NCBI GenBank assembly: GCA_038062915.1
Contig: JBBTWD010000002.1
Location: 5,189 to 69,188 of the forward strand
Reading direction: 5' to 3'
Source: Patescibacteria group bacterium
GTDB lineage: Bacteria; Patescibacteriota; Microgenomatia; UBA8517
DNA length: 64,000 nucleotides
In this document: piece by piece, positions 47,354 through 57,011 of the stretch
How the letters are laid out: every line of letters begins with the position of its first letter
How positions within the stretch are numbered: the stretch's first letter is position 1
Made by a program: the position numbers and the translations under genes
Notes under the pieces: model-generated
What the model was told of the DNA's origin: nothing
Databases searched by the model: none
The model's input: the letters and a program-made list of their open reading frames with translations, nothing else

Positions 47354-49239
47354 ATTTTAAAAATCAAGTCTACTCTATAACTCCCGGCCTTATCAATATC
47401 CCAAGCATTAGCATAGCCGTAAGCTACGAAATGGTCAAATATGACCTCCTTATTAATTCTTGCTATCCATAAAGGGCTGAATGAGTTCCTAAGTATTATT
47501 TTAAATGGTTTATTTGCATTGGTTACATTAACGACATAATGACCCGGACTAATTTTCTGATAATTGTTGGGGGTGTAATTTAAGTTTTTATAAATATCTA
47601 AAAATCCTATAGATTTTAAAAATTTAATTTGGCTATATTTCTTTAAATTTTCTTTTATTTCCGCGGACGAGCTAGCATTACTATATTTGGGATCAATCTC
47701 ATTATGCAAAATGAAATATTCTATATCCATTTCTGAAAGCAGGTTGTCAATATTTTTATTTTGGGTAAATGTATTATATAGAGACATATATTTATCATCA
47801 GCAAGATTATAGCGAACAGTTTTTGAAACTACTGGATCTGAAAACAATATATCACTAGGCTCAAGGCCGTAATATGAAGTTTCTCCCCAATCATACTTGA
47901 CACCCTCCCCTGGAATCATTGGCAAGGATAATATCCGCCCAGTAATACCCAGGGCTTTGACATAATCATCAGCGACTTTGTAATCATTTGGAACCCTAAC
48001 CGATGCGGCTGGAGAGAAAGGCCCTTGTCCCCACATTGGCCAAACCAAAACTATAAGAGTAAGGGGGATAAAAAATCCAACCAATATAAATTTCCAAATG
48101 TGCGTCGCTTTCTGATATATAAATCCAAAACCGTAAGCAAAAAATAAACTATAAACCATAAGCCATACCGTTCCAAACTTTTCATATGAACTTCTAAAAG
48201 CTCTAGCAAACGAAACGTTCTCAAATAAAAATCCAAATAAAGCGTTTCCAAGTGGCGGATTTGTTCCCTTACAAATAAAAAGTCCAATAATTGCCAAGGT
48301 CATTAAGTATTTATATTCTTTTAAAATCCTAGCTTTGACAAAACCGAAAATAGTGATTGCTAAAATTGCAAAACTAACAAAATAAGATAAACTTCCTTTA
48401 TAAAAGTTGCCCCAATAATTTAAGCGCTCAAAAAAGAATTTGTGCCTAAGAAGTAATACATCACTTATTTTTGAATCCACACTCACCCCACCCAAACTCG
48501 CCAAATCATATTTCCAATCATGAATGTTTGAAATTACAGTAGATTGCAATTTAAAGTATGGATAAATCCACCAAATGTTAAATAAAGTCCAAATAAAAAT
48601 TCCTAAAACAATCCTTGGTATATAAGTTTTTTTGAAACGAAATATTGAAAATAACAATGAGACTGACCAAAAAGATATTATAAAGGCAGGATGTGAATAT
48701 GCCGAAGAAAACAGAACTGAAAAAATGCCAAACAAAAATAGATGTTTACATTTTCCCTCACTAAACCATTTAATCCATAAAAACAAAAGTAGAGGCAGTG
48801 AGGCCCAAGCGAAAAAACCAGCAAATACAAACCTGGCCCAAACCTGTGACTGCGTGTATAAGTTTAGTATGTAAAATAAACCAGCAAGTAAAGATATAGT
48901 TTTTCGATTTTCACCGAAAAAATATTTAGCCAAAAAATACATTCCAATTCCAGCGCTTGATGTTAGTACCCAAAATAAGATAGCTTGAATAGTTGAAGGA
49001 TTAAAAAAATAACTTAGTAAATAAGTAAAAAAGTAAACGGGAATTCTAGGTAACCAAAAAGGGCTTGGGTAACCCAGGCCCATATCAATCCAACTAGATC
49101 CATATGTAGAAGCCATCTTAATCGAATTCCAGGTAGATAAACTTTCTTCTCCACCTGCGAAAAAGTTTCCATTTCTAAACCAAGAGAAAATAACTATCGA
49201 AGAAATAAAAAGTAAAACAAAAATATATTTTTTATTCAT
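47338..49239 (-). CDS. Large polytopic membrane protein, GT-C-like (633 aa)
   Basis: IVIFSWFRNGNFFAGGEESL...TIQAILFWVLTSSAGIGMYFLAKYFF and the loop VPNDYKVADDYVKALGITGRILSLPMIPGEG parallel the 1177-aa protein. Confidence 0.45.
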   Translation of the reverse strand: MNKKYIFVLLFISSIVIFSWFRNGNFFAGGEESLSTWNSIKMASTYGSSWIDMGLGYPSPFWLPRIPVYFFTYLLSYFFNPSTIQAILFWVLTSSAGIGMYFLAKYFFGENRKTISLLAGLFYILNLYTQSQVWARFVFAGFFAWASLPLLLFLWIKWFSEGKCKHLFLFGIFSVLFSSAYSHPAFIISFWSVSLLFSIFRFKKTYIPRIVLGIFIWTLFNIWWIYPYFKLQSTVISNIHDWKYDLASLGGVSVDSKISDVLLLRHKFFFERLNYWGNFYKGSLSYFVSFAILAITIFGFVKARILKEYKYLMTLAIIGLFICKGTNPPLGNALFGFLFENVSFARAFRSSYEKFGTVWLMVYSLFFAYGFGFIYQKATHIWKFILVGFFIPLTLIVLVWPMWGQGPFSPAASVRVPNDYKVADDYVKALGITGRILSLPMIPGEGVKYDWGETSYYGLEPSDILFSDPVVSKTVRYNLADDKYMSLYNTFTQNKNIDNLLSEMDIEYFILHNEIDPKYSNASSSAEIKENLKKYSQIKFLKSIGFLDIYKNLNYTPNNYQKISPGHYVVNVTNANKPFKIILRNSFSPLWIARINKEVIFDHFVAYGYANAWDIDKAGSYRVDLIFKIWPWQ

Positions 49240-49242
49240 TCT

Positions 49243-50268
49243 CTAAAAAAGATTTTTAAGCGAATCCGACATCATTCTCCTTCCGGTTTTATTGTTAATA
49301 AAACTCCAAAGAAGTGTGTCTGTTACGGCTATTGTAATAATTGGTTCAGTGAGAAGCACCCAATCCCTATGCTTTAAAAAACGAATAAACCCACGAATTA
49401 ACGCTGGAAAAAATAAATTTGCATAAACTACAAATAACATCAATCGAAAAACTTCCCATTTATTCTTAGTGTTTAAAATTGTGTAATGATATTTTCCATA
49501 GGCTGGGAAAAAATGCATTCCCAAATTTCGCGTTCTTTTTTGAAGTAAATGTTTAAAGTTCTTAACGTGATAATGATAATAGCCAGCATCCGGGACATAG
49601 CCAAAATAAGGGTACCCGGATCTAACACAATTAATTAAAAAATCATGATCAAAATAATTTTTAGTAGTCCAATTTGGCGTTTTCTTTAAATATTTTATAC
49701 GATAAAACATACGAGCTGCCGGCGGAATTTTTTTATCTTCGAACTTACAGACTATATAATCGTTTTTCTTTTCTATAAAAGACTTTTCCACTTTCAAAAA
49801 AAGAAATTCCAAAAGTGGATCACACTGCGAATAATGATAAGAAAGATATCTACAGACCCAATGCATATCACTTTTTGGATACTCTTTTGTAAAAGTTGCC
49901 ACCAATCTAGAATCGTCTAAAAGTGGTTTAATCATTTCTTTAATGAAGTTTTTATTTCTTAAAACAATATCCTGTTCTAGATAAAACACAAATTCACCTT
50001 TTACTTTATGCAGGCCCTTAACCCAATTTGAATATAAATTACCTTCTGGATGAAGTAGAACACCAACATCATATTTTTTTGCAATTTTGACACTTTCATC
50101 TTGAGAGCCATTATCGACAACGACTACATCAATAAGGTTTTTAGGGTAATCTAATTTTTTAACAGACTCCAGGCATTTGCCTACACCACTCCCCCCATTA
50201 AATGTCAGAAGAATAAAGGATACTTTCGGCCATTTAGTTTGTTTTTGCATATTTAATAAAATTATCAA
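49243..50268 (-). CDS. GT2 family glycosyltransferase
   Basis: VSFILLTFNGGSGVGKCLESV...VVVVDNGSQDES. Confidence 0.8.
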   Translation of the reverse strand: MIILLNMQKQTKWPKVSFILLTFNGGSGVGKCLESVKKLDYPKNLIDVVVVDNGSQDESVKIAKKYDVGVLLHPEGNLYSNWVKGLHKVKGEFVFYLEQDIVLRNKNFIKEMIKPLLDDSRLVATFTKEYPKSDMHWVCRYLSYHYSQCDPLLEFLFLKVEKSFIEKKNDYIVCKFEDKKIPPAARMFYRIKYLKKTPNWTTKNYFDHDFLINCVRSGYPYFGYVPDAGYYHYHVKNFKHLLQKRTRNLGMHFFPAYGKYHYTILNTKNKWEVFRLMLFVVYANLFFPALIRGFIRFLKHRDWVLLTEPIITIAVTDTLLWSFINNKTGRRMMSDSLKNLF

Positions 50269-51166
50269 CTACATCACGCCAACTTCCAAACTTTATTCCC
50301 AACCTTTTTTGGGTTTCCCCAATTTTTAGGCCACCATATTTTGGATAACGATTTGAATTTTGCATAAGATACCCATCAATACTGGTTCTTTCTACCACCC
50401 CGCTTTTAGAACGAGATTTTAAAATTAAATACTCTGCCATTTTAAAGGGAGTTGTTAAGTCGCGACTTGCGGCATGGAAAATCCCACTAATTTTCTTTTC
50501 CAACAATTTTTCAATTACCAAAGTAATTTCCGGGATGTAAGATAATGTAATAAACTGATCTTCAAAAAGCGGATAAAGCTTATTTCTATCATATAGCCAC
50601 AACACCTTCCCCACGTAATCTAGTTTGGGATCATATACCGGCCTAACTACGTTACCAATTCTAACAACACAGCTGTTTGGGTTGTCCTTTAGAACAATTT
50701 TCTCTGCTAGGTTCTTGGTCCAACCGTACCAGGACAGACTTTTCATATTTGATTCAGTTAAATCATTTTCTGAATATGGACCTTTTTTGGGTCCTTCGCC
50801 ACTAAAAACATAATCTGTAGATATATGTATTAGACGAATCTTTGAAGATTTACAAATTTTAACAATATTCTTTATTCCAATTACGTTTGTAACCCATGCA
50901 CTCCCTTTTTTATCCCCCCGTTGTTCTTCAGCTGTATTTGCGTTTCTGTGGGCTGCAAAATTTATAATTACCTCTGGCTTATTTACTTCGACATACCTTT
51001 TTAGGGCCATAAAATCTGCAACATCAAGATCATTGTGAGGTGGGCACAATAAATCAATCATTTTTTTATCTCTTATAAGTTTATCTACAAACGCAGATCC
51101 AACAAGCCCCGTGGCCCCCGTAATTAATACTGTTTGCCTTTTCATATGCTTTTGTCTAATATTCAC
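50234..51166 (-). CDS. RmlD-like 4-ketosugar reductase (second paralog)
   Basis: VLITGATGLVGS...HISTDYVFSGEG...YGWTKNLAE. Confidence 0.7.
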   Translation of the reverse strand: MNIRQKHMKRQTVLITGATGLVGSAFVDKLIRDKKMIDLLCPPHNDLDVADFMALKRYVEVNKPEVIINFAAHRNANTAEEQRGDKKGSAWVTNVIGIKNIVKICKSSKIRLIHISTDYVFSGEGPKKGPYSENDLTESNMKSLSWYGWTKNLAEKIVLKDNPNSCVVRIGNVVRPVYDPKLDYVGKVLWLYDRNKLYPLFEDQFITLSYIPEITLVIEKLLEKKISGIFHAASRDLTTPFKMAEYLILKSRSKSGVVERTSIDGYLMQNSNRYPKYGGLKIGETQKRLGIKFGSWRDVVDNFIKYAKTN

Positions 51167-51182
51167 ATATTATAGAGGAAAT

Positions 51183-52355
51183 ATGAAAATTAAAAACAAA
51201 GAAAAAACAATTATTTATGTAAACTTTGCGCCATACGAAAATGCCGGTGGAATATTAGATTTCCTAAAAAAGAAATTTAAATATGTAGCACTTTTTTCAT
51301 TTAGTTTTCATCGTCTAAACAAGAGGCTGGAAAATAACAAATTGAAAGTTTATTTTTCAGGAAAAAAAGTAGATTCAAAAAATTTGTTTGATTTCCAAGT
51401 CCCTGAAAAACTAATATTCCTTTTTTTACCTATCCGTTCTATTCTTATTTTCCTTCAGATAATTTTTTACACTATCTATCTAACCTATACATATGGAGGA
51501 TTCGAAAACTATTTTACAGTCAACGCTTTTACTGCATGGACAGGAAATATTCTTAAGAAAACAGGTTTTGTTAAAAAAACTATTTTCTGGGTTTATGACT
51601 ACTATCCCCCGTTTCATGAAAATAAAACCATTGTTTTTATGCGGTGGCTTTATTGGCAGTTCGATAAATGGGCAACCAAATCAGACATGTTGGTCTTTTT
51701 AAATAGTCGGATTGTAAAACTTAGAAAAGAGATTGGAGTACTTAGTGATAGGGATAGGTATAAAATAATTCCGATAGGAACAACCAATAAATCAAAAAGG
51801 GGGTCAAGAAATTTGAAACCAAACTCAAAAATTAAATTAGTTTTTTTAGGCGTAATGAAAAAGAGTCAAGGTCTTAATCTCATTTTCGAATGTTCAAATC
51901 AAATCGCCACAACTTTTCCTAATTTAGAAATTAATATTATCGGAGACGGCCCGGATTTAGAATATTTTAAAAGTAATGGCGAAAAAACGAATCTCAAAAT
52001 AAAATATCATGGATATCCATCAGATAATGATATCGATGAAATACTGGGCAAAAGCCATATTGGAATTGCTACATATATCCCGAACCAAGAGAACGTTTCC
52101 TATTACGGCGATCCATCGAAAATTAAAGGGTATTTAAGCTTTGGTCTACCCGTGATAACAACAAACGTCTTTGAATTTTCTAAAGAAATAAAAAGTTTCA
52201 ATGCTGGAGTACTAATTGGTTATAAAAAAGAAAATATGATTAAAGCAATTACTAAAATTGTTAATAATTATAGCTTTTATAGGTCGGGTGCTAAAAAACT
52301 GGCTAAAAAATACTATTATAAAAATCTCTACCCCAATATGTTTAAACCCTACTAG
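51183..52355 (+). CDS. GT4/GT-B family glycosyltransferase
   Basis: C-domain NIIGDGPDLEYF...SFGLPVITTNV. Start set at MKIKNKEK (51183); the longer ORF from 51111 would overlap the divergent rmlD-like gene. Confidence 0.6.
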   Translation: MKIKNKEKTIIYVNFAPYENAGGILDFLKKKFKYVALFSFSFHRLNKRLENNKLKVYFSGKKVDSKNLFDFQVPEKLIFLFLPIRSILIFLQIIFYTIYLTYTYGGFENYFTVNAFTAWTGNILKKTGFVKKTIFWVYDYYPPFHENKTIVFMRWLYWQFDKWATKSDMLVFLNSRIVKLRKEIGVLSDRDRYKIIPIGTTNKSKRGSRNLKPNSKIKLVFLGVMKKSQGLNLIFECSNQIATTFPNLEINIIGDGPDLEYFKSNGEKTNLKIKYHGYPSDNDIDEILGKSHIGIATYIPNQENVSYYGDPSKIKGYLSFGLPVITTNVFEFSKEIKSFNAGVLIGYKKENMIKAITKIVNNYSFYRSGAKKLAKKYYYKNLYPNMFKPY

Positions 52356-53448
52356 TGTAGCTCGAAATTATTGCCTCAATATTTTTGTCACCATATCTTT
52401 TAATAACAAACTTTCGAGTATTTTTAGATAATTCTTTAAGTTTATCAGGTTTATTGTAAAAGTATTCGATAGCCCTTTTAATATTTATTGGAGTTACATC
52501 AATTAATTTACCAACAGTTTCATCTATCACACCTGGGATTGCTCCCCTATTTGAAGCAATAATAGGTGTACCACAAGCCAACGCTTCAAGAATAACCCTG
52601 CCAAATCCTTCGTCATGAGTAGAGGGAACTATAACTATATCTGCGCCGGAATAATAAATGGATAAATCGTCTTGAGAAATTTTACCAATATAATATTTTT
52701 GCACTTTTGATTCTAACGGGCCAGAACCTGCAATTTTAAGTTTAATACCTTTACTTAATAATTTAGCTGCGGAAAGAAGTTCTGATATTCCCTTTTCGGG
52801 AACTAAACGGCCGACAAAAAGAACTATAAATTGTTTTCCCCACCCAAGTTTTTTCTTAGATTCACCTTTATCAAGAGGTTTAAATTTTTTAAGATTTACC
52901 CAACTTACAAAAATACTGATTTTATTTTTATCTTTAACTATTTTTTTTATCTCACCCATTGATTGATGTGATAAGCAAAGAATATGATCAGTTTTGTTTA
53001 AGACCCAATTAATAAATTTAGAATAAAACCCCGACTTTGGAAAATTATATATATTATGTGTGGAGATTACAGTTCTTATACCAAATATTTTTCCCCAAAT
53101 TACAGCTGTGGTTCCTGCTACTAAACCATGTGCGTGAATTACATCTGGCCGATCAAATAAAATTATGAGTGAACTTACAACAAATATGCCTGGAAAAAGA
53201 TATAAGAATTCTAATATTGGCTTATCTACAAATGTATAAAATAATCCAGGCAACCAGGGAATTCGTAAAATTTTCAGACGTTTATGCCTCTCTAATACAC
53301 TTGATGCAATCTTGGTTTGTAGTGCCTTGTAGGCAAGAACAAAAACTTTATGCTTTTTATCTACCAAACCCAAAACAAGATCATTGATATGAGTTTCCAC
53401 TCCACCAATATTCGGACTAAAATGTGGGCTAATTTGTAGTATCTTCAT
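52342..53448 (-). CDS. GT4 family glycosyltransferase
   Basis: HDEGFGRVILEALACGTPIIASNRGAIPGV. Confidence 0.85.
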   Translation of the reverse strand: MKILQISPHFSPNIGGVETHINDLVLGLVDKKHKVFVLAYKALQTKIASSVLERHKRLKILRIPWLPGLFYTFVDKPILEFLYLFPGIFVVSSLIILFDRPDVIHAHGLVAGTTAVIWGKIFGIRTVISTHNIYNFPKSGFYSKFINWVLNKTDHILCLSHQSMGEIKKIVKDKNKISIFVSWVNLKKFKPLDKGESKKKLGWGKQFIVLFVGRLVPEKGISELLSAAKLLSKGIKLKIAGSGPLESKVQKYYIGKISQDDLSIYYSGADIVIVPSTHDEGFGRVILEALACGTPIIASNRGAIPGVIDETVGKLIDVTPINIKRAIEYFYNKPDKLKELSKNTRKFVIKRYGDKNIEAIISSYTSRV

Positions 53449-53468
53449 GATATTCTAACAAGCTTTGC

Positions 53469-54305
53469 TTATTTTTTGAAATATTTACCAACAATATACC
53501 CAATTCCCCCACCCAAAAGTTCAAAAGAAAACATTATAAACATTCCCATGCCCAAAACCGGATGAAAAATAACTTTTTTCCAATTCTTATAAAATACAGG
53601 TCTAAAAAAATATATCGTTTTGGGAGAAAATGGAGAAATGTTTTGTTTTTTTAAATATTTGTGAGCATTAACGGCATAATAATATTTTTTTCTTATTAAA
53701 CTTGCTAAACCCAGTATTTGTTCATTGTGAATTATTTCTGATTTAATTCTTCCAATTTTATATCCCCGTTTTTTTATTGATTCAGCCAAATCCCAATCTT
53801 CGGGGCCTATAATTGCTTCATCAAAACCACCAACTTTTTCAAAAACTGCTCGATTAAAAAATCTTGCCGCATCTGTAATTTGATCTCCAGCGGAATTATA
53901 AAACGATCTCTCGTAAGCTTTAATCTTTTCCCAAAAAGTTTTACCGACTGATTTTTCAGGTATTACAATTCCCCCTATCTTTTTATCTATTTTTATCTCT
54001 TTAACGCAATCTGCAATTACATTGGTTGTTAATTCCATATCGGAGTCAAGAAAAAGAAGAAATTCTCCTTTTGCTTTATTTGCGCCAAAATTTCGCTGGG
54101 TACTTCTTTCCAAATGTTTTCTTGTGTAAACACCTGGGGAATATTTTTTAGCGACTTTTAGCGTATCATCGGTTGAAGCGTCGTCTATAACAATAGTTTC
54201 TATTTTTTTATATTTTTGTTTTGAAATTGAAATTAATAGTTTTTTTATTAAATCGGGGCGATTGTATACCGGGATTATTACAGAAACTAAGGATTTATTT
54301 TTCAT
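53469..54305 (-). CDS. GT2 family glycosyltransferase
   Basis: VSVIIPVYNRPDLIKKLL...IVIDDASTDDT...LFLDSDM. Confidence 0.85.
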   Translation of the reverse strand: MKNKSLVSVIIPVYNRPDLIKKLLISISKQKYKKIETIVIDDASTDDTLKVAKKYSPGVYTRKHLERSTQRNFGANKAKGEFLLFLDSDMELTTNVIADCVKEIKIDKKIGGIVIPEKSVGKTFWEKIKAYERSFYNSAGDQITDAARFFNRAVFEKVGGFDEAIIGPEDWDLAESIKKRGYKIGRIKSEIIHNEQILGLASLIRKKYYYAVNAHKYLKKQNISPFSPKTIYFFRPVFYKNWKKVIFHPVLGMGMFIMFSFELLGGGIGYIVGKYFKK

Positions 54306-54309
54306 ATTT

Positions 54310-55245
54310 TCATTTATTAGCTAAGTACCAATCAATTGTTTTATTAAGTCCCGTTTCAAATGACATCTTTGATTCAAAACCAAACTCACGCCTTGCACGA
54401 GTTGTGTCTAACTTTCGTCTGGGCTGGCCATCAGGTTTTGTTTTATCCCAAACAATCTTACCTTTAAATCCAATTAGCCTTTTTATGGTTTTTGCCAAGT
54501 CTTTGACCGAAATTTCAAAACCAGCCCCTAAATTTACAGGCTCTGATTTATTATATTTTTCTGTTGCAAGTAAAATTCCATTAACAACATCGTCTATAAA
54601 TAAAAATTCTCGAGTTGCTTCTCCAGTCCCCCAAACTACAACTTCCTTCTTATTATTTTCTTTGGCTTCTAAAAATTTACGTATTAATGCGGGTATGACG
54701 TGAGAAGAGGCTAAATCAAAATTTTCCCCAGGACCATATAAATTTACAGGTAAAAGAAAAATGGCATTAAATCCATATTGTTGCCTATAGGTCTGGGCTT
54801 GAACCAACTGCATTAATTTAGCAAGACCATAGGGTGCATTGGTTTCTTCTGGATAGCCCTGCCACAAACTTTCCTCTTTAAAGGGAATCTGTGTAAATTT
54901 GGGATACGAACAAATCGTACCTATCGCTACAAACTTTTTAACACCAGCTAAACGCGCGGCTTTCATCATATTTACACCCATTAAAATATTGTCTTCAAAC
55001 AAATCCGCGGGAAATTCCCTATTAAATCCGATTCCTCCAACTTTGGCGGCTAAATGTATAACAATATCTTGATTTTTACAGACCTTTAGGCATGTTTTAA
55101 AATTCCTAAGATCATTTTTTGAATTTTTGGTAACTGAAATATCAACACCCTCAATATCCTTCAATTTTAATACCAAATGTTTCCCAACAAATCCGGATGC
55201 GCCAGTCACAAGTACCTTTTTGTTTCTCCAGAAACCTTTATTCAT
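54310..55245 (-). CDS. fcl: GDP-L-fucose synthase (GDP-4-keto-6-deoxymannose 3,5-epimerase/4-reductase)
   Basis: Matches E. coli Fcl blocks: LAAKVGGI..N..FPADF, VNLYGPGENFDLASSHVIPALIRKF, VVWGTGEATREFLFIDD, KPDGQPRRKLDTTRA. Confidence 0.8.
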   Translation of the reverse strand: MNKGFWRNKKVLVTGASGFVGKHLVLKLKDIEGVDISVTKNSKNDLRNFKTCLKVCKNQDIVIHLAAKVGGIGFNREFPADLFEDNILMGVNMMKAARLAGVKKFVAIGTICSYPKFTQIPFKEESLWQGYPEETNAPYGLAKLMQLVQAQTYRQQYGFNAIFLLPVNLYGPGENFDLASSHVIPALIRKFLEAKENNKKEVVVWGTGEATREFLFIDDVVNGILLATEKYNKSEPVNLGAGFEISVKDLAKTIKRLIGFKGKIVWDKTKPDGQPRRKLDTTRARREFGFESKMSFETGLNKTIDWYLANK

Positions 55246-57011
55246 TTTTGTTTAATAATACTTTTTCGTATTTCTTGAGTTATATCTAATAAATCTCCGT
55301 TTTTAGTAAACTTGAAAGCAAAAACTTGATTTAAGCTAATTTTTTCTTGAGGATAACCAAGACGTAAAAAGGCTTTACCGTCTGTGACTGTTGAAACTAC
55401 TTCAGTGTAAATATTTGTAAATGTCGGTATTAGACTTGCATCTTTAATTTTATACTCCAAAGCCATTCGAGGGGGGAAGCCAAAAAGAATGGTGTTGTTT
55501 GCAAGGCCTGGATTTTCCTTGTCATCAAAATAAAAGACAAGCAATTTATTTGGATATTCCCTTGGTAAATATCTAAATAGTTTACTCCACATTAAGTCAG
55601 TTACCGCTACGTTCCTCGTAGCGTAGAGGTTGTTCATATATTTTCTATCGTTTTTAATGTTAAAAGTGAGCATCGTTAATAAAATAACTGTTGTTAAAAA
55701 AGCAACTCTTATATTGATTTTTGAGGCGATTACAAGAAGTGAGGAAAGTGTTATTGCTACCCCTGCCAAACTTAATGTTAAATATCGGCCATCAGAACCC
55801 ATAATCGCTCCGGGATTAAAAACTAATGGTACGATAAATGATGTGAGTATAAGAATTGGCCCAGAAGCCATGCCGACCCATTCAATGTTTTTTTTCTCTA
55901 ACTTTGATATAAAAAGGATATATATAGCCCAAATAAGAAAAGTGATAAAAAATATTCCGATAAAAGTATTTATTAAGATTAAATACATTCCTTGATCGTG
56001 TGGGAATTGCTTGAACACAAAAAAAGTAAGCGTAAAATTGGTAATCAAAATTAATAGTATAAAAAGATAGTTTTTTAGTTTTTGGATAGTTATGCTTGAA
56101 AATATAAAAAATATTATTGATTCAACGATGAGGCCAATTGCGATAAACCACTTATACCAATTAGCCCCAATAAGTAGCGTGATAGATCCAAGATTAGGAG
56201 TAAATAGATCCGGCAAAAAAGCTTTACCTAGATTGGTTATAAAGGCGCTAATAAAAGTGTAGTCCCCCGTCTGAAACATACGAGTAATTACCGTTAAGTT
56301 GATAATATTTGTTGCATGCACTTCGCCAAAAAAACCCATTCTATAAACTGCAAGTGCAGACAATGACAGACAAATCTGTCTAATCAATGTTGTTTTAAGG
56401 GTAGCCTGGGCTATCGCCACTGCAAAAATAAAATCAAAAAATAATACAAACGGTAAAAGACCGTGACTTCTAATTGGATTGACTGCCAAGCTTACTGCAA
56501 ATAAAACACAACCAATGGCAAACTTCCAATAAGTACCTTTGAAGGAACCTATCAGAAAAGTCAGAGAGATAAATAAAAACAAGGTTACCAAATAAACATT
56601 CATATGAAGTACATAGTTGGAGGATTCAATACCGCTATATCCAATTGCGATAAATAAACTTCCAATTAACGCAGCCGCCTTAGATTTGATAAATTTGGAT
56701 AAAAATATATATCCTGCAAATGCAGTCAATACCCTTAAGCCCATGGAAACAAGAAAGTATCCATAACTAGCATACTCAAAAAAATGTCGAATAATAATCA
56801 AGCAAAGATTCATCACTCCCCACGGTTGGGTATAACCGCTCAAGGAAAAGAAGGGAAACTGATTTCCAGGACCATAATGCTTATCAATTACATAAAACAT
56901 GAACCAATCGTCACCAAAAAGTGAAAATTGGAGCGATTTACCAAAAGCAATGTAAATTAATAACGAAAATAATAATGTAACTGATAAATAGATAAACAAT
57001 TTAATCTTCAT
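55242..57011 (-). CDS. Polytopic membrane protein, GT-C-like glycosyltransferase
   Basis: About 13 TM helices; DDW in the first loop; about 130-aa C-terminal soluble domain. Confidence 0.4.
   Translation of the reverse strand: MKIKLFIYLSVTLLFSLLIYIAFGKSLQFSLFGDDWFMFYVIDKHYGPGNQFPFFSLSGYTQPWGVMNLCLIIIRHFFEYASYGYFLVSMGLRVLTAFAGYIFLSKFIKSKAAALIGSLFIAIGYSGIESSNYVLHMNVYLVTLFLFISLTFLIGSFKGTYWKFAIGCVLFAVSLAVNPIRSHGLLPFVLFFDFIFAVAIAQATLKTTLIRQICLSLSALAVYRMGFFGEVHATNIINLTVITRMFQTGDYTFISAFITNLGKAFLPDLFTPNLGSITLLIGANWYKWFIAIGLIVESIIFFIFSSITIQKLKNYLFILLILITNFTLTFFVFKQFPHDQGMYLILINTFIGIFFITFLIWAIYILFISKLEKKNIEWVGMASGPILILTSFIVPLVFNPGAIMGSDGRYLTLSLAGVAITLSSLLVIASKINIRVAFLTTVILLTMLTFNIKNDRKYMNNLYATRNVAVTDLMWSKLFRYLPREYPNKLLVFYFDDKENPGLANNTILFGFPPRMALEYKIKDASLIPTFTNIYTEVVSTVTDGKAFLRLGYPQEKISLNQVFAFKFTKNGDLLDITQEIRKSIIKQK

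Noticed and set aside
51111-51182. Long N-terminal extension of the GT4 ORF starting at 51111
   Set aside because: The extension is hydrophobic and low-complexity and overlaps the divergent rmlD-like gene by 56 nt; the internal Met at 51183 (MKIKNKEK) is a more plausible start
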